In this document: positions 25,353 to 35,048 of the stretch, piece by piece
Layout of the letters: every line of letters starts with the position of its first letter
Numbering within the stretch: the first letter of the stretch is position 1
Assembly (NCBI GenBank): GCA_046339595.1
Contig: JBKDUF010000015.1
Location: 18,094-82,093, forward strand
Length of the DNA stretch: 64,000 bases
Source of the DNA: Betaproteobacteria bacterium
Lineage (GTDB): Bacteria; Pseudomonadota; Gammaproteobacteria; Burkholderiales; SG8-41
Direction of reading: 5' to 3'
Notes under the pieces: model-generated
Seen by the model: the letters and a program-made list of their open reading frames with translations, nothing else
What the model was told of the DNA's origin: nothing
The model's database searches: none
Made by a program: the position numbers and the translations under genes

Positions 25353-25579
25353 GGCGGCGTGCTCTTGATCGTGTGCAGGGGCGCGCGTACGAGTGTAGTC
25401 CGGCAGCGGTGAGGCGGCAAAAAATCGCCCGCGGGGTCTGCAATGCTGACTGCTGGTCCAGAGAATGGACGACGACGTCCGTACCACCGTGCTGCGGAGC
25501 CGGGTTATAGTCGATGCACCGCGCACGAAAGCCGATGAAGGCTGCATCCACGCGGTCACAAAAAAATCCGGGGGACTAC

Positions 25580-26548
25580 ATGACACGCCCACTGAAACTC
25601 GCGGCGGCTCTCACGCTGGCCCTGGGGCCAGCTTGCGTGGCGGCACAAGCCTATCCAGCCAAGCCGCTGCGCCTCGTGGTCGCCTCATCACCCGGCAGCG
25701 CGGTCGACATCGTCGCGCGCCTGGTCGCACCCAAGCTGGCGGAAGCCCTGGCACAGCAGGTGCTGGTGGACAACCGTGCCGGTGCCGGCGGCAACCTCGG
25801 TGCGGGGTTTGCCGCGCGCGCCGCACCTGACGGCTACACCGCGTTCATGGCCACGCCTGCTCACGCCATCAGCGGCAGCGCGCCGGTCAACAAGACCGGC
25901 TACGATTTTGTGCGCGATTTTGCGCCGGTCAGCCTGCTCACCACCGGGCATTACATGCTCGTCGTGCACCCCTCCGTGCCGGCAAACAGCGTGAAGGATC
26001 TGGTGGCCCTTGCCAGGGCCCGGCCCGGCAGCCTCAATTTCGCGTCGGCGGGCAACGGCAATGCCACCCACCTTGCCGGCGAACTGTTCAACCTGAAGGC
26101 TGGCGTCAAGACCGTGCATGTGCCGTACAAGGGCGGCGGGCATGCCCGCACCGAACTGCTCGGCGGCCAGGTCGATTTCATGTTCCACAACATCACCGCG
26201 GTGCTGGGCGATGTCCGGGACCGGCGCCTGCGTGCGCTCGCGGTGACCGGGCCGAAGCGCGCGCTCGCGGCGCCGGAGGTTGCCACCGTCGACGAGTCCG
26301 GGCTACGCGGCTACGACATCACCTCATGGTTCGGGGTGATGCTCCAGTCCGCGGCGCCCGCCGAAACCGTGGCTAGGCTGCATCGTGATTTGGCGAAGAC
26401 CCTGCAGTTTGCCGACATTCGCGAAAAACTTGCGGCTCTCGGATCCGAGGGGGTCGGCAGTACGCCGGCGGAATTCGCCCGCCATCTGCGGGCGGAGCAT
26501 GACAAGTGGGGTACTCTGATCCGCAAGGCGGGATTGCAGATCGAATGA
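25580..26548 (+). CDS. Bug/TctC-family substrate-binding protein
   Basis: Taken from ORF 25514..26548, with the start at 25580 (MTRPLKLAAALTLALGPACVAAQA). Blocks SSPGSAVDIVAR, DGYTAFM and VPYKGG are present. Confidence 0.85.
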   Translation: MTRPLKLAAALTLALGPACVAAQAYPAKPLRLVVASSPGSAVDIVARLVAPKLAEALAQQVLVDNRAGAGGNLGAGFAARAAPDGYTAFMATPAHAISGSAPVNKTGYDFVRDFAPVSLLTTGHYMLVVHPSVPANSVKDLVALARARPGSLNFASAGNGNATHLAGELFNLKAGVKTVHVPYKGGGHARTELLGGQVDFMFHNITAVLGDVRDRRLRALAVTGPKRALAAPEVATVDESGLRGYDITSWFGVMLQSAAPAETVARLHRDLAKTLQFADIREKLAALGSEGVGSTPAEFARHLRAEHDKWGTLIRKAGLQIE

Positions 26549-26588
26549 GCACCGCTGACGGCCGGGTGCGTGTTAAGATTTTTTTGAA

Positions 26589-27434
26589 ATGAAACGACAT
26601 ATCGCCTGCATCACCTTCGACTTTGACGCGATTTCGGGCTGGATCGCCCGCGGCATGACTTCACCGTCGCCGATTTCACGCGGCGAGTTCGGCCCCAATG
26701 TCGCCCTGCCGCGCATCCTCGACCTGCTCGACCGGGAAGGCATACCGACGTCCTGGTATGTGCCGGGGCATACGCTGGAAACCTATCCCGAGCAGTGCCG
26801 GCAGGTGTTTGCCGCGGGCCACGAGATCGGTCACCACGGCTGGACGCACCGTTCACCGGCGGCGATGACCCCCGAGCAGGAAGAAGCGGAGCTGGTACGC
26901 GCCAATGACTGCATCCGTGATCTGACCGGGCAGGGCGCACGCGGTTACCGATCGCCGGCCTGGGATCTTTCAGAACATTCCGCCGACTTGCTGCTGAAGC
27001 ACGGCTTTGTGTACGACAGCAGCATGATGGGGGATGACTACACGCCGTATCGCGTGCGCCGCGGTGATGTCATCGAACTGGAGAAGCCGGCGGTGTTCGG
27101 TCCGGAAACGCCGCTGATCGAAATGCCGGTGAGCTGGACGCTCGACGACTACCCGCACTTTGAGTTCATCCGCACGCCGACCTGGATCCTGCCGGGCAAC
27201 ATGAACGCCAACAAGGTGCTGGACAACTGGGTGAACGACTTCGTCTACCTGCGCGACCACCTCGACTGGGGCGTGATCACCTACACCTTCCATCCCTTTG
27301 TCATCGGCCGCGGCCATCGCATGCTGGTGCTGGAGAAACTGATCCGCACGCTGAAGGAGGGCGGTGCGGTGTTCATGAAGCTCGAGGACGCCGCCGCCGA
27401 ATATGCGCAGCGCGCGCCCTTCAAGCCGCGCTGA
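26589..27434 (+). CDS. Polysaccharide deacetylase (NodB-homology) family amidohydrolase, paralogue 1
   Basis: 281 aa with TFDFDAISG, HEIGHHGWTH and YRSPAWD motifs. By eye it is about 60% identical to 32534..33370. Confidence 0.8.
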   Translation: MKRHIACITFDFDAISGWIARGMTSPSPISRGEFGPNVALPRILDLLDREGIPTSWYVPGHTLETYPEQCRQVFAAGHEIGHHGWTHRSPAAMTPEQEEAELVRANDCIRDLTGQGARGYRSPAWDLSEHSADLLLKHGFVYDSSMMGDDYTPYRVRRGDVIELEKPAVFGPETPLIEMPVSWTLDDYPHFEFIRTPTWILPGNMNANKVLDNWVNDFVYLRDHLDWGVITYTFHPFVIGRGHRMLVLEKLIRTLKEGGAVFMKLEDAAAEYAQRAPFKPR

Positions 27435-27459
27435 GCAACCCAGCGCGGTGCTTACCGGG

Positions 27460-27488
27460 CAATGACCCTGTAAGTCATTGTTTTAATT
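27460..27488 (+). terminator. Weak AT-rich hairpin plus T-run between convergent genes
   Basis: caatgac-cctgtaa-gtcattg (27460-27480) is followed by TTTTAATT. A GC-rich hairpin ccgcgctg/cagcgcgg (27426-27448) lies just upstream. Confidence 0.4.
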
Positions 27489-28603
27489 CATTTTTTCTTC
27501 TTTGACGTGGCGCGCTTGGCCGGCGCGGCTTTGCGCTTGGCCTTGGCCACCGGCTTGCGTGTTTTTTTCGCAGCAGCGGGAGCCGCCTTGCGCGCGCCGA
27601 TTTTCACCGGCTTGCCGCTGCGCGCGGATTCGATGATGGATTCGAGCACGGTGACACCGTGGATTTCATCACCGCCGGCCACGGCCAGCGGCTGCCTTGC
27701 GGCGACGGCCCTGGCGAAATGCTCCAGTTCGGCGCGTTCGGTGCTGGTCTCGGGGAAGGTCATCAGCTCCGGATGTTTTTTCTCGCGCAGGTTGTCCGGA
27801 TTGAGCAGGCAGACCTGCATGTTCCAGGTGCTGAGGTGTTCGACGTCCCCGACCTGCACCCAGCCCTTGGAGCCGAAGACCTGCATGCGCCAGGTTTCGG
27901 CCGTGGCGATGAAGGTGCCAAGGTAGCCGCTGGCGCCACCCTTGAAGCGGAACAGCATCGAGGTGGTGTCGTCGATGCCGTAATCGAGCGCGCGGCGGAA
28001 GCTCTGCGAGTAGACGGTATCGACAGGGCCGGCGAGGTAGAGCATCGCGTCGACCACGTGCACGCCGCGGCCGGTCATGCCGCCGCCGGGGCCTTCGTCC
28101 TTTTTCTGGCGCCAGTGGTCCTTCGGATACCAGTACACGCTGGGCCCGCAGAAATTGCCTTCGATGTGCAGCAGCTTGCCCAGCCGCCCGTCATCAAGCA
28201 TGCGGCGGATTTCCTGCAGCGCCGGCTGGAAGCGCCAGTTGTAGCCGACAGCCAGCGTGACGCCGGCCTTCGCGCAGGCGCGCACGGCTTCCTTGGCCGA
28301 CTCGGTGGTCAGCGTGAAGGGTTTTTCGGTGAAGACATGCTTGCCGGCCCTGGTGGCGGCGATGATCAGCTCGGCATGAATGCTGTGCGGGGTGGCGAGC
28401 ACGATGGCGTCCACGCCGGGATCGGCCAGCAGATTGCGGGTGTCGTCATAAAGGCGCAGGCCGTTGCGGTCGGCGTACTCCTGCACCTTCGCCGGCGTGC
28501 GCACGGCGCCCGCGACAAAACGGATCTGGCTGCTCTTGCCCTGCACGCTGTTGACGAGGCTCTGGCCCCAGCGGCCCAGTCCGATGATGGCGGCGTTGAT
28601 CAT
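27488..28603 (-). CDS. Gfo/Idh/MocA-family oxidoreductase with a lysine/alanine-rich histone-H1-like C-terminal tail
   Basis: Taken from ORF 27488..28648, with the start moved to the ATG at 28603 (MINAAIIGLGRWGQ Rossmann N-terminus). The last ~40 aa read PVKIGARKAAPAAAKKTRKPVAKAKRKAAPAKRATSKKKK. Confidence 0.8.
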   Translation of the reverse strand: MINAAIIGLGRWGQSLVNSVQGKSSQIRFVAGAVRTPAKVQEYADRNGLRLYDDTRNLLADPGVDAIVLATPHSIHAELIIAATRAGKHVFTEKPFTLTTESAKEAVRACAKAGVTLAVGYNWRFQPALQEIRRMLDDGRLGKLLHIEGNFCGPSVYWYPKDHWRQKKDEGPGGGMTGRGVHVVDAMLYLAGPVDTVYSQSFRRALDYGIDDTTSMLFRFKGGASGYLGTFIATAETWRMQVFGSKGWVQVGDVEHLSTWNMQVCLLNPDNLREKKHPELMTFPETSTERAELEHFARAVAARQPLAVAGGDEIHGVTVLESIIESARSGKPVKIGARKAAPAAAKKTRKPVAKAKRKAAPAKRATSKKKK

Positions 28604-28766
28604 GTAGTCCTCATTGTATGGAAATGGATCGGTGATGACGGCCTGCATCCGTCAAAGGATCAGGTCATGATCGGGGAGCAGGCATCATCGAAGCACGGTT
28701 ACCGGCCGCGCCGAGTATAACGGCGAAGCCGCAGACGGCTGCCGGCCATCGCCGGCCCCGACCGCC

Positions 28767-29756
28767 TTACTGCACCTTGATGCCGGCGTCCTTGATCACC
28801 TTGGACCACAGTTTTTTCTCGGCCCGAACCACGGCGAGCAGCTGCGCCGGCGTGCTGCTGACGGCCTCGACGCCGTCGCGTCCCAGGCGTTCCCGGACAT
28901 CGGGCAGGGACACCGCCCGCACCACTTCCTTGTTGAGGCGGGCGACGATGGCTGCTGGCGTGGCCGCGGGCACAAACACGCCGTACCAGGAATTCACCTC
29001 GAAGCCCGGAAGGCCCTGTTCGGCGATGGTCGGAATGTCAGGCGCACCCGAGGAGCGCTTGAGGCCGCTGACACCCAGCGCCTTCAGGCGGCCGGCCTTG
29101 ACATGGGGGATCGCCGGCAGCAGCGGGCCGAAGCCGAGTTTGACTTCACCGCTGATCAGGGCCGGCAGCGCGGCGCCACTGCCGCGGAAGGGCACATGGG
29201 TCATGCGGATGGCGGCCATCGAACTCAGCAGCTCGGCGGCGAGGTGGTTGGCGGTACCGATGCCGGAGGAGGCATAGTTGATCTCGCCCGGCTTCGCCTT
29301 GGCCAGCGCGATCAGCTCGCGGACGTTGTTGGCGGCGAGTGTCGGGTTCGCCGACAGGATGCTCATCGAGTCGCCGAGTTTGGATACGGCGGCAAGATCC
29401 TTATCCGGATCGAATCCGAGCTTCTGGCCGATCACCGGCGCGATCACCAGCGGCCCACCGGTGCCTAGCAGTATCGAATGGCCGTCGGGCTGTGCCGCAG
29501 CCACGATCTCCGCGCTGACGTTGCCCCCGGCACCGGCGCGGTTGTCCACCACCACCTGCTGACCCATCGATTCGGAAAGCTTGCTGCCGACCACCCGGGC
29601 GATGGTGTCGCTGGGGCCGCCGGGCAAAAAGCCCACGACAAACCGCACGGGGCGCGTCGGGTAGGTCTGAGCCTGAGCCTGGAGGGGGATCAGGACGCCG
29701 GACACTGCAGCAGCCGCTGCGAGCAGGCCGCTGATTGTTTTCGGAAACATGTGCAT
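28767..29756 (-). CDS. Bug/TctC-family substrate-binding protein
   Basis: Taken from ORF 28767..29792, with the start moved to the Met at 29756 (MHMFPKTISGLLAAAAAVSGVLIPLQAQAQ). Blocks FLPGGPSDTIAR, DGHSILL and VPFRGS are present. Confidence 0.85.
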   Translation of the reverse strand: MHMFPKTISGLLAAAAAVSGVLIPLQAQAQTYPTRPVRFVVGFLPGGPSDTIARVVGSKLSESMGQQVVVDNRAGAGGNVSAEIVAAAQPDGHSILLGTGGPLVIAPVIGQKLGFDPDKDLAAVSKLGDSMSILSANPTLAANNVRELIALAKAKPGEINYASSGIGTANHLAAELLSSMAAIRMTHVPFRGSGAALPALISGEVKLGFGPLLPAIPHVKAGRLKALGVSGLKRSSGAPDIPTIAEQGLPGFEVNSWYGVFVPAATPAAIVARLNKEVVRAVSLPDVRERLGRDGVEAVSSTPAQLLAVVRAEKKLWSKVIKDAGIKVQ

Positions 29757-29788
29757 GGCTTTCTCCTGGTTGGGCTGTAATGGGATGT

Positions 29789-30796
29789 TCAATCGAGCAC
29801 AATGCCGGACTGCTTGACCAGGCGGGCCCAGCGCCGGGCGTCCTCCAGGATCAGTTTCTCAAACTGGGCGATGGTGGTGTATTCGATTTCGATGCCCTGG
29901 TTTTCCAGGCGCTCGACCACGGCGGCCACTTCAAGGGCTTTCCTGATCTCGAGGTTCAGCTGGCCGGTGATCGCCTTGGCTGTCGCGGCGGGGGCCATCA
30001 GGCCGTACCAGACTGGCACTTCGTAACCGGGCAGGGTTTCACCGATGGTCGGCACCTGTGGTGCCGCCTTGGAGCGCCTGGCGCCGGTGACGCCGAGGGC
30101 GCGCAGCTTGCCGATCTTGACCTGCGGCAGCGCGGCGAGCACCGGCAGGAAACTGAGCTGCACCTCGCCCTGGATGGTCGCCAGTATGTTCAGCGCTGCA
30201 CCCTTGTAAGTCACGGGCGTGAGTTGCACGCCGCTCATCACCGAAAACAGTTCGCCGGAGAGATGGTTGGTGGTGCCCTGTCCGGAATGGCCGAAATGCA
30301 GGCGCCCGGGCGGCTGGCTCTTGCCGTAAGCAATCAGTTCCTTGACGCTGGTCGCGGGTACCGAGGGATTGCTCATCATCATCGTGGCGCCGAAGCCGAT
30401 CACCGACAGCGGTGCGAAGGCCTTGATCGGATCGTAGGCGGGCTTGTTCCTGAAATTCGGGCTGATGGTGATCACGGGCTGGCCCATGAACAGGGTATGG
30501 CCATCCGGGTTGGCTTTGGCGGCGATTTCCATGGCCAAGGTTCCGCCTGCGCCGGGGCGGCCGTCGATGATGATGCGCTGGCCGAGCTGCTCGCCGAGCT
30601 GTGTGGCCATGGTGCGGGCGACGACATCGCTCACCCCGCCGGGCAGGAAGCCGGTGATGATGCGCATCGGACGATTGGGAAAATTTTGCGGCGGCTGGGC
30701 CTGCGCATGAGCGCCGGCCACGAGCAGCAGCAAAAACCCGATGGCCACAGCCAGGTCAGGGATGCGTTGGATGCAGGAATGCCGCTTCATGGTCAT
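29789..30796 (-). CDS. Bug/TctC-family substrate-binding protein
   Basis: 335 aa with signal peptide ...AIGFLLLLVAGAHAQAQ. Blocks FLPGGVSDVVAR, DGHTLFM and VTYKGA are present. Its stop overlaps the next Bug ORF by 4 nt. Confidence 0.85.
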   Translation of the reverse strand: MTMKRHSCIQRIPDLAVAIGFLLLLVAGAHAQAQPPQNFPNRPMRIITGFLPGGVSDVVARTMATQLGEQLGQRIIIDGRPGAGGTLAMEIAAKANPDGHTLFMGQPVITISPNFRNKPAYDPIKAFAPLSVIGFGATMMMSNPSVPATSVKELIAYGKSQPPGRLHFGHSGQGTTNHLSGELFSVMSGVQLTPVTYKGAALNILATIQGEVQLSFLPVLAALPQVKIGKLRALGVTGARRSKAAPQVPTIGETLPGYEVPVWYGLMAPAATAKAITGQLNLEIRKALEVAAVVERLENQGIEIEYTTIAQFEKLILEDARRWARLVKQSGIVLD

Positions 30797-30850
30797 GGCC
30801 TCTTGTCAGTCATTGCTCGATGGCCTGCCATGCCTTGGCAAAGCCGGATC

Positions 30851-32419
30851 TCAGGACTCAGCCACGGCGCCTGACCAGGGCGACATCACGTCCGAGATGC
30901 CCTGGTGTTCGCCCGAATTCGGGTCATGCAGCACCGCGCTGGGGCAGGCGAAGTTGGTCGGATACACCACCAGTTCGGTCAGGTTCACCGGGAACTGTGC
31001 GCCGAGTGCCTGCACGGTGCTTTGGTCGTGCCGAGGATCCACACCCACGGTATCGCCGCCGCTGGCGTCGATGCGTGGCTGGTGGAAGGCGTCCTTCAGG
31101 CTCATGCCATGGTCGATCAGGAAGGAACTGATCTGGTACACCGCGGGCAGGATCTTGCGGCCGCCGGAAGCGCCGATCGCGAACCAGGGTTTGCCGGCGA
31201 CGGTGGCGATGACCGGGCACATGTTGGACAGCGCGCGTTTGCCCGGCGCAAGGCAGTTCGGCGATTCAGGCCTGGGGTCAAACCACATCATGCCGTTGTT
31301 CATCAGCACGCCGCTGGAGGGCAGCACCACCTTGGAGCCGAATACCGAGAGCAGGGTCTGGGTCAGCGCCACCATGTTGCCGTCGCGGTCGATCACATTG
31401 AGGTGGGTCGTGGTTGACGGGTCCTTGCGGTCACTGTTGTCGCCCATGCTGGCGAGACGCTCGGTGTAGGCTTCACGCAACGCGGCGGCGTAGGCGACGA
31501 AGGCTTCGCTGCCCGGTTTGCCAGCACTGAATTTCATGGTTCGCAAAGGCTCCAGCGCACGCAGCATGGTTGGGCCGGCGGTCAACTGCGGCGGCAGGGC
31601 CAGGCTGGCGCCGTGGTACTCGGTTTCAATCGGGGCCACGATGCGGGCATGGAAATTCGCCAGGTCGCTGGCGCTGAGGTTGCCGCCCATGGCCTTGATG
31701 TCGCGGGCGATGCCGGCGGCGATTTCGCCTTCGTAAAAATCGCGCGGCCCGGCTTCCGCCAGCCGGCGCAGGGTGTCGGCCAGCCCTTTCAGTTTCAGCC
31801 GTCCCAGCGGCGCGCCCGCGGCGGTGTCCGGGGGAAAACCGCCGGGCAGCCAGATGTCCCTCGTTACCGGGTATCGCGACAGCTCCTTCGCCATCGTCGC
31901 CACTTTCAGCGTCAGATACCAGTCGACGGCGATGCCTTCGTCGGCGAGTGCGATAGCGGGTTGTGCGACTTCGCGGAAAGGCAGGGTGCCGAAGGTTTCC
32001 AGCGCGGTGGCCAGGCCGTCGACGTGGCCGGGTATCGCGATGGACATCGGGCCATGCACATTGCGGTCATCCTGGACGCTGGGCCAGGTGAACAGGTCGC
32101 TGGTATAGCCCCCGGTCAGCGGGTAATCGGCGGGGTTGAGCCCGTAGGGCGAGATCGGGCCGAAATCGACCACCTGCACGCAGTTCTCGCGAGCGAGGTA
32201 GACCATCATGAAGCCCACGCCGCCGAGGCCGCTGTTCCAGGGCTCCACTGCGGCGAGCGCGAGGCCCGTGGCCACTGCAGCATCGACGGCGTTGCCGCCG
32301 GCGGCGAGGATGCGCGCGCCGGCCTCGCTGGCGATGCGGTTCTGTGAGGCGACGATACCGCCGCGCGAGGTGGCCAGCGGCTTGCTGACGTTCCAGTGCT
32401 GTACGAGATGGGGATTCAT
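30851..32419 (-). CDS. Gamma-glutamyltransferase-family Ntn hydrolase (no obvious signal peptide)
   Basis: 522 aa with GGNAVDAAVA, GLGGVGFMMVY, the putative Thr nucleophile in DPSTTTHLNVIDRDGNMVALTQTL, and the GASGG block. Confidence 0.8.
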   Translation of the reverse strand: MNPHLVQHWNVSKPLATSRGGIVASQNRIASEAGARILAAGGNAVDAAVATGLALAAVEPWNSGLGGVGFMMVYLARENCVQVVDFGPISPYGLNPADYPLTGGYTSDLFTWPSVQDDRNVHGPMSIAIPGHVDGLATALETFGTLPFREVAQPAIALADEGIAVDWYLTLKVATMAKELSRYPVTRDIWLPGGFPPDTAAGAPLGRLKLKGLADTLRRLAEAGPRDFYEGEIAAGIARDIKAMGGNLSASDLANFHARIVAPIETEYHGASLALPPQLTAGPTMLRALEPLRTMKFSAGKPGSEAFVAYAAALREAYTERLASMGDNSDRKDPSTTTHLNVIDRDGNMVALTQTLLSVFGSKVVLPSSGVLMNNGMMWFDPRPESPNCLAPGKRALSNMCPVIATVAGKPWFAIGASGGRKILPAVYQISSFLIDHGMSLKDAFHQPRIDASGGDTVGVDPRHDQSTVQALGAQFPVNLTELVVYPTNFACPSAVLHDPNSGEHQGISDVMSPWSGAVAES

Positions 32420-32533
32420 GAAATCTTCCAGTTTGGAAACTCGGGGCTGCTATGTTCAAATCGATGCTAATCGAAAAACATCTCCGGCGCCTAGACCGGA
32501 TTCCAGCCGACGAACTCCAGATTCAAGCTGATC

Positions 32534-33370
32534 ATGCGCAAGCACATCGTCTGTCTGACTTTTGATTTTGACGCCATCTCCGGTTTTATCGCGCGCGGGC
32601 AAACCACGGCGAGCTGGCGGTCGCGTGGTGAATTCGGACCGCGTGTGGGCGCGCCACGCCTGCTCGCACTGTTCCGCCAGTACGGTATCCGCACGTCCTG
32701 GTACGTGCCAGGCCATACCATCGAGACCTTTCCTGCTGCGGTTTCGGCTGTAGTCGAGGCCGGGCACGAGATCGGGCACCACGGCTGGACGCACCGTCCG
32801 CCGGCGAGCCTGACGCGCGAGCAGGAGGAGGCGGAGCTGGTGTGCGGCAACGAGGCGATACGGCGCATCTCGGGCAGGAACGCGCGCGGTTACCGTTCGC
32901 CGTCCTGGGACCTGTCGCCGCACTCGGTCGAGCTGATGCTCAAGCACGGCTTTGACTATGACAGCAGCATGATGGGCGACGATTACACGCCGTACTACGC
33001 GCGCCAGGGTGATCGTATCGAACTCGAGGAAAAAGCCGTGTTTGGCACGCAAAGCACGCTGGTGGAAATGCCAATCCACTGGTCCACCGATGATTCGCCG
33101 CATTTCGAGTTTGTGCGCACCGAAACCAGCCTGCGCCAGGGGCTGCAGAATGCCGGCGACGTGCTCGACAACTGGATCGGCGACTTTCTCTACATGAAGC
33201 GCGCGGTTGACTGGGGCGTGCTGACCTATACCTGCCACCCCTTCATCATCGGCCGCGGCCACCGCATGTTGATGCTGGAGCGCCTGATCCGCCGTATCCT
33301 CGATGAAGGCGGCGTGTTCCAGCGCGTCGACGAGACGGTCGACGAATACAGGTTCAGGGCTGCTCCCTGA
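32534..33370 (+). CDS. Polysaccharide deacetylase (NodB-homology) family amidohydrolase, paralogue 2
   Basis: 278 aa with TFDFDAISG, HEIGHHGWTH and YRSPSWD motifs. Confidence 0.8.
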   Translation: MRKHIVCLTFDFDAISGFIARGQTTASWRSRGEFGPRVGAPRLLALFRQYGIRTSWYVPGHTIETFPAAVSAVVEAGHEIGHHGWTHRPPASLTREQEEAELVCGNEAIRRISGRNARGYRSPSWDLSPHSVELMLKHGFDYDSSMMGDDYTPYYARQGDRIELEEKAVFGTQSTLVEMPIHWSTDDSPHFEFVRTETSLRQGLQNAGDVLDNWIGDFLYMKRAVDWGVLTYTCHPFIIGRGHRMLMLERLIRRILDEGGVFQRVDETVDEYRFRAAP

Positions 33371-33491
33371 GCTGATTCGCCTCCGCAGTGCTGCCTGAGT
33401 AACGGCACTGATAAAATCACCGTCTCAGGCAACCCCGGGCTTGTGCGGGCCACGGCATTGCCCATCCATCGAGAGCAGACAGGAGAAGGTC

Positions 33492-35048
33492 ATGGACGAC
33501 GGCGTCATTCAGATCAAGGACAAACCGGCCTCGGGACCGGTGATCCGGCTGCACGAAAACGACAATGTGCTGATCGCTCGTGGCGACATCGGCATCGGCA
33601 CCAGGCTGGACGGTGGCCTGACCTCGAAAAGCCAGGTGCCGGCCGGGCACAAGATTGCTTCGCGCGACATCAAGAAGGGCGAGCCGATCCTGAAATACGC
33701 GGTGACCATCGGTTTTGCCTCGGCCGACATTCCGGCCGGTACCTATGTCCATTCGCACAACCTCGAGTTCCGCGAGTTTGACCGCGACTACGCCTATGCG
33801 AAGGACTACAAGCCGGAGCAGATGGTGCCCGAGGCCGGACGCGCAGGTTTCATGGGTATCGTCCGCGCCAACGGCCAGGTGGCGACGCGCAATTACATCG
33901 GCGTGTTGTCCACGGTGAACTGTTCGGCGACGGTGGCGCACAAGATCGCCGAATACTTCACACCGGAGCGGCTGGCCGAATATCCGAACATTGACGGGGT
34001 CTGCGCTTTTGCCCACGGCACCGGATGCGGGATGGAAATGACCGGAGAGCCGATGGACCTCCTGCGGCGGACCATGGCCGGCTATGCCCGCCACGCCAAC
34101 CTTGCCGGCGCACTGGTGGTCGGGCTCGGCTGCGAGCGCAACCAGCTCAAGGGGCTGATGAAGGAGCAGAACATCGATGTCAGCGACCGCCTGAAGACCT
34201 TCGTGATGCAGGAATCGGGAGGCACACGCAAGACCATCGAGGCGGGTATTGCCGCGATCAAGGAAATGCTGCCGGTGGCCAACCAGGTGGTGCGGCAGAA
34301 GGTGTCGGCCAGCCATCTGATGATCGGCCTGCAGTGCGGCGGCTCCGACGGCTTCTCGTCGATCACCGCGAACCCGGCGCTGGGCGCGGCGATGGACATC
34401 CTGGCGCGCCACGGCGGCACGCACATCCTGTCGGAGACGCCGGAAATCTACGGTGTCGAGCACACGCTGACGCGGCGCGCGAAGTCGGTCGAGGTCGGCG
34501 AAAAACTGATCGAACGCATCCGCTGGTGGAAGGATGTCTACAACGCCGGCAAGGACACGCAGATCAACGGCGTGGTCAGCCCCGGTAACCAGCATGGCGG
34601 CCTGGCCAACATTTTCGAGAAGTCGCTGGGTTCTTCGATGAAGGGCGGCACCGGTCCGCTGAATGCGGTGTACCACTATGCCCAGCCGGTGACTGCGCGC
34701 GGCTTCGTGTTCATGGACACCCCAGGCTTTGACCCGGTTTCAGCCACCGGACAGATCGCCGGCGGCGCCAACATGATCATGTTCACCACCGGCCGCGGCT
34801 CGATGTTCGGCGCCAAACCCGTTCCTTCGATCAAGCTCGCCACCAACACGCCGATGTACCTCAAGCTCGAGGAGGACATGGACATCAACTGCGGCGAAAT
34901 CCTCGACGGCACGAAATCGCTGTCGCAGAAAGCGCAGGAGATCTTCGAGCTGATGCTTCGCGTGGCCTCGGGCGAGAAGACCAAGAGCGAGCTGCTGGGT
35001 TTGGGCGACCACGAATTCGTGCCCTGGAACATCGGCGTCACCAGCTAG
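33492..35048 (+). CDS. UxaA-family hydrolyase (altronate/galactarate dehydratase-like)
   Basis: Taken from ORF 33441..35048, with the start at the ATG at 33492 preceded by an AGGAGAAGG SD. An N-terminal SAF-like segment (LHENDNVLIARGDI..G) is followed by the large UxaA C-terminal part (GCERNQ, LQCGGSDGFS, MFTTGRGS). Confidence 0.8.
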   Translation: MDDGVIQIKDKPASGPVIRLHENDNVLIARGDIGIGTRLDGGLTSKSQVPAGHKIASRDIKKGEPILKYAVTIGFASADIPAGTYVHSHNLEFREFDRDYAYAKDYKPEQMVPEAGRAGFMGIVRANGQVATRNYIGVLSTVNCSATVAHKIAEYFTPERLAEYPNIDGVCAFAHGTGCGMEMTGEPMDLLRRTMAGYARHANLAGALVVGLGCERNQLKGLMKEQNIDVSDRLKTFVMQESGGTRKTIEAGIAAIKEMLPVANQVVRQKVSASHLMIGLQCGGSDGFSSITANPALGAAMDILARHGGTHILSETPEIYGVEHTLTRRAKSVEVGEKLIERIRWWKDVYNAGKDTQINGVVSPGNQHGGLANIFEKSLGSSMKGGTGPLNAVYHYAQPVTARGFVFMDTPGFDPVSATGQIAGGANMIMFTTGRGSMFGAKPVPSIKLATNTPMYLKLEEDMDINCGEILDGTKSLSQKAQEIFELMLRVASGEKTKSELLGLGDHEFVPWNIGVTS

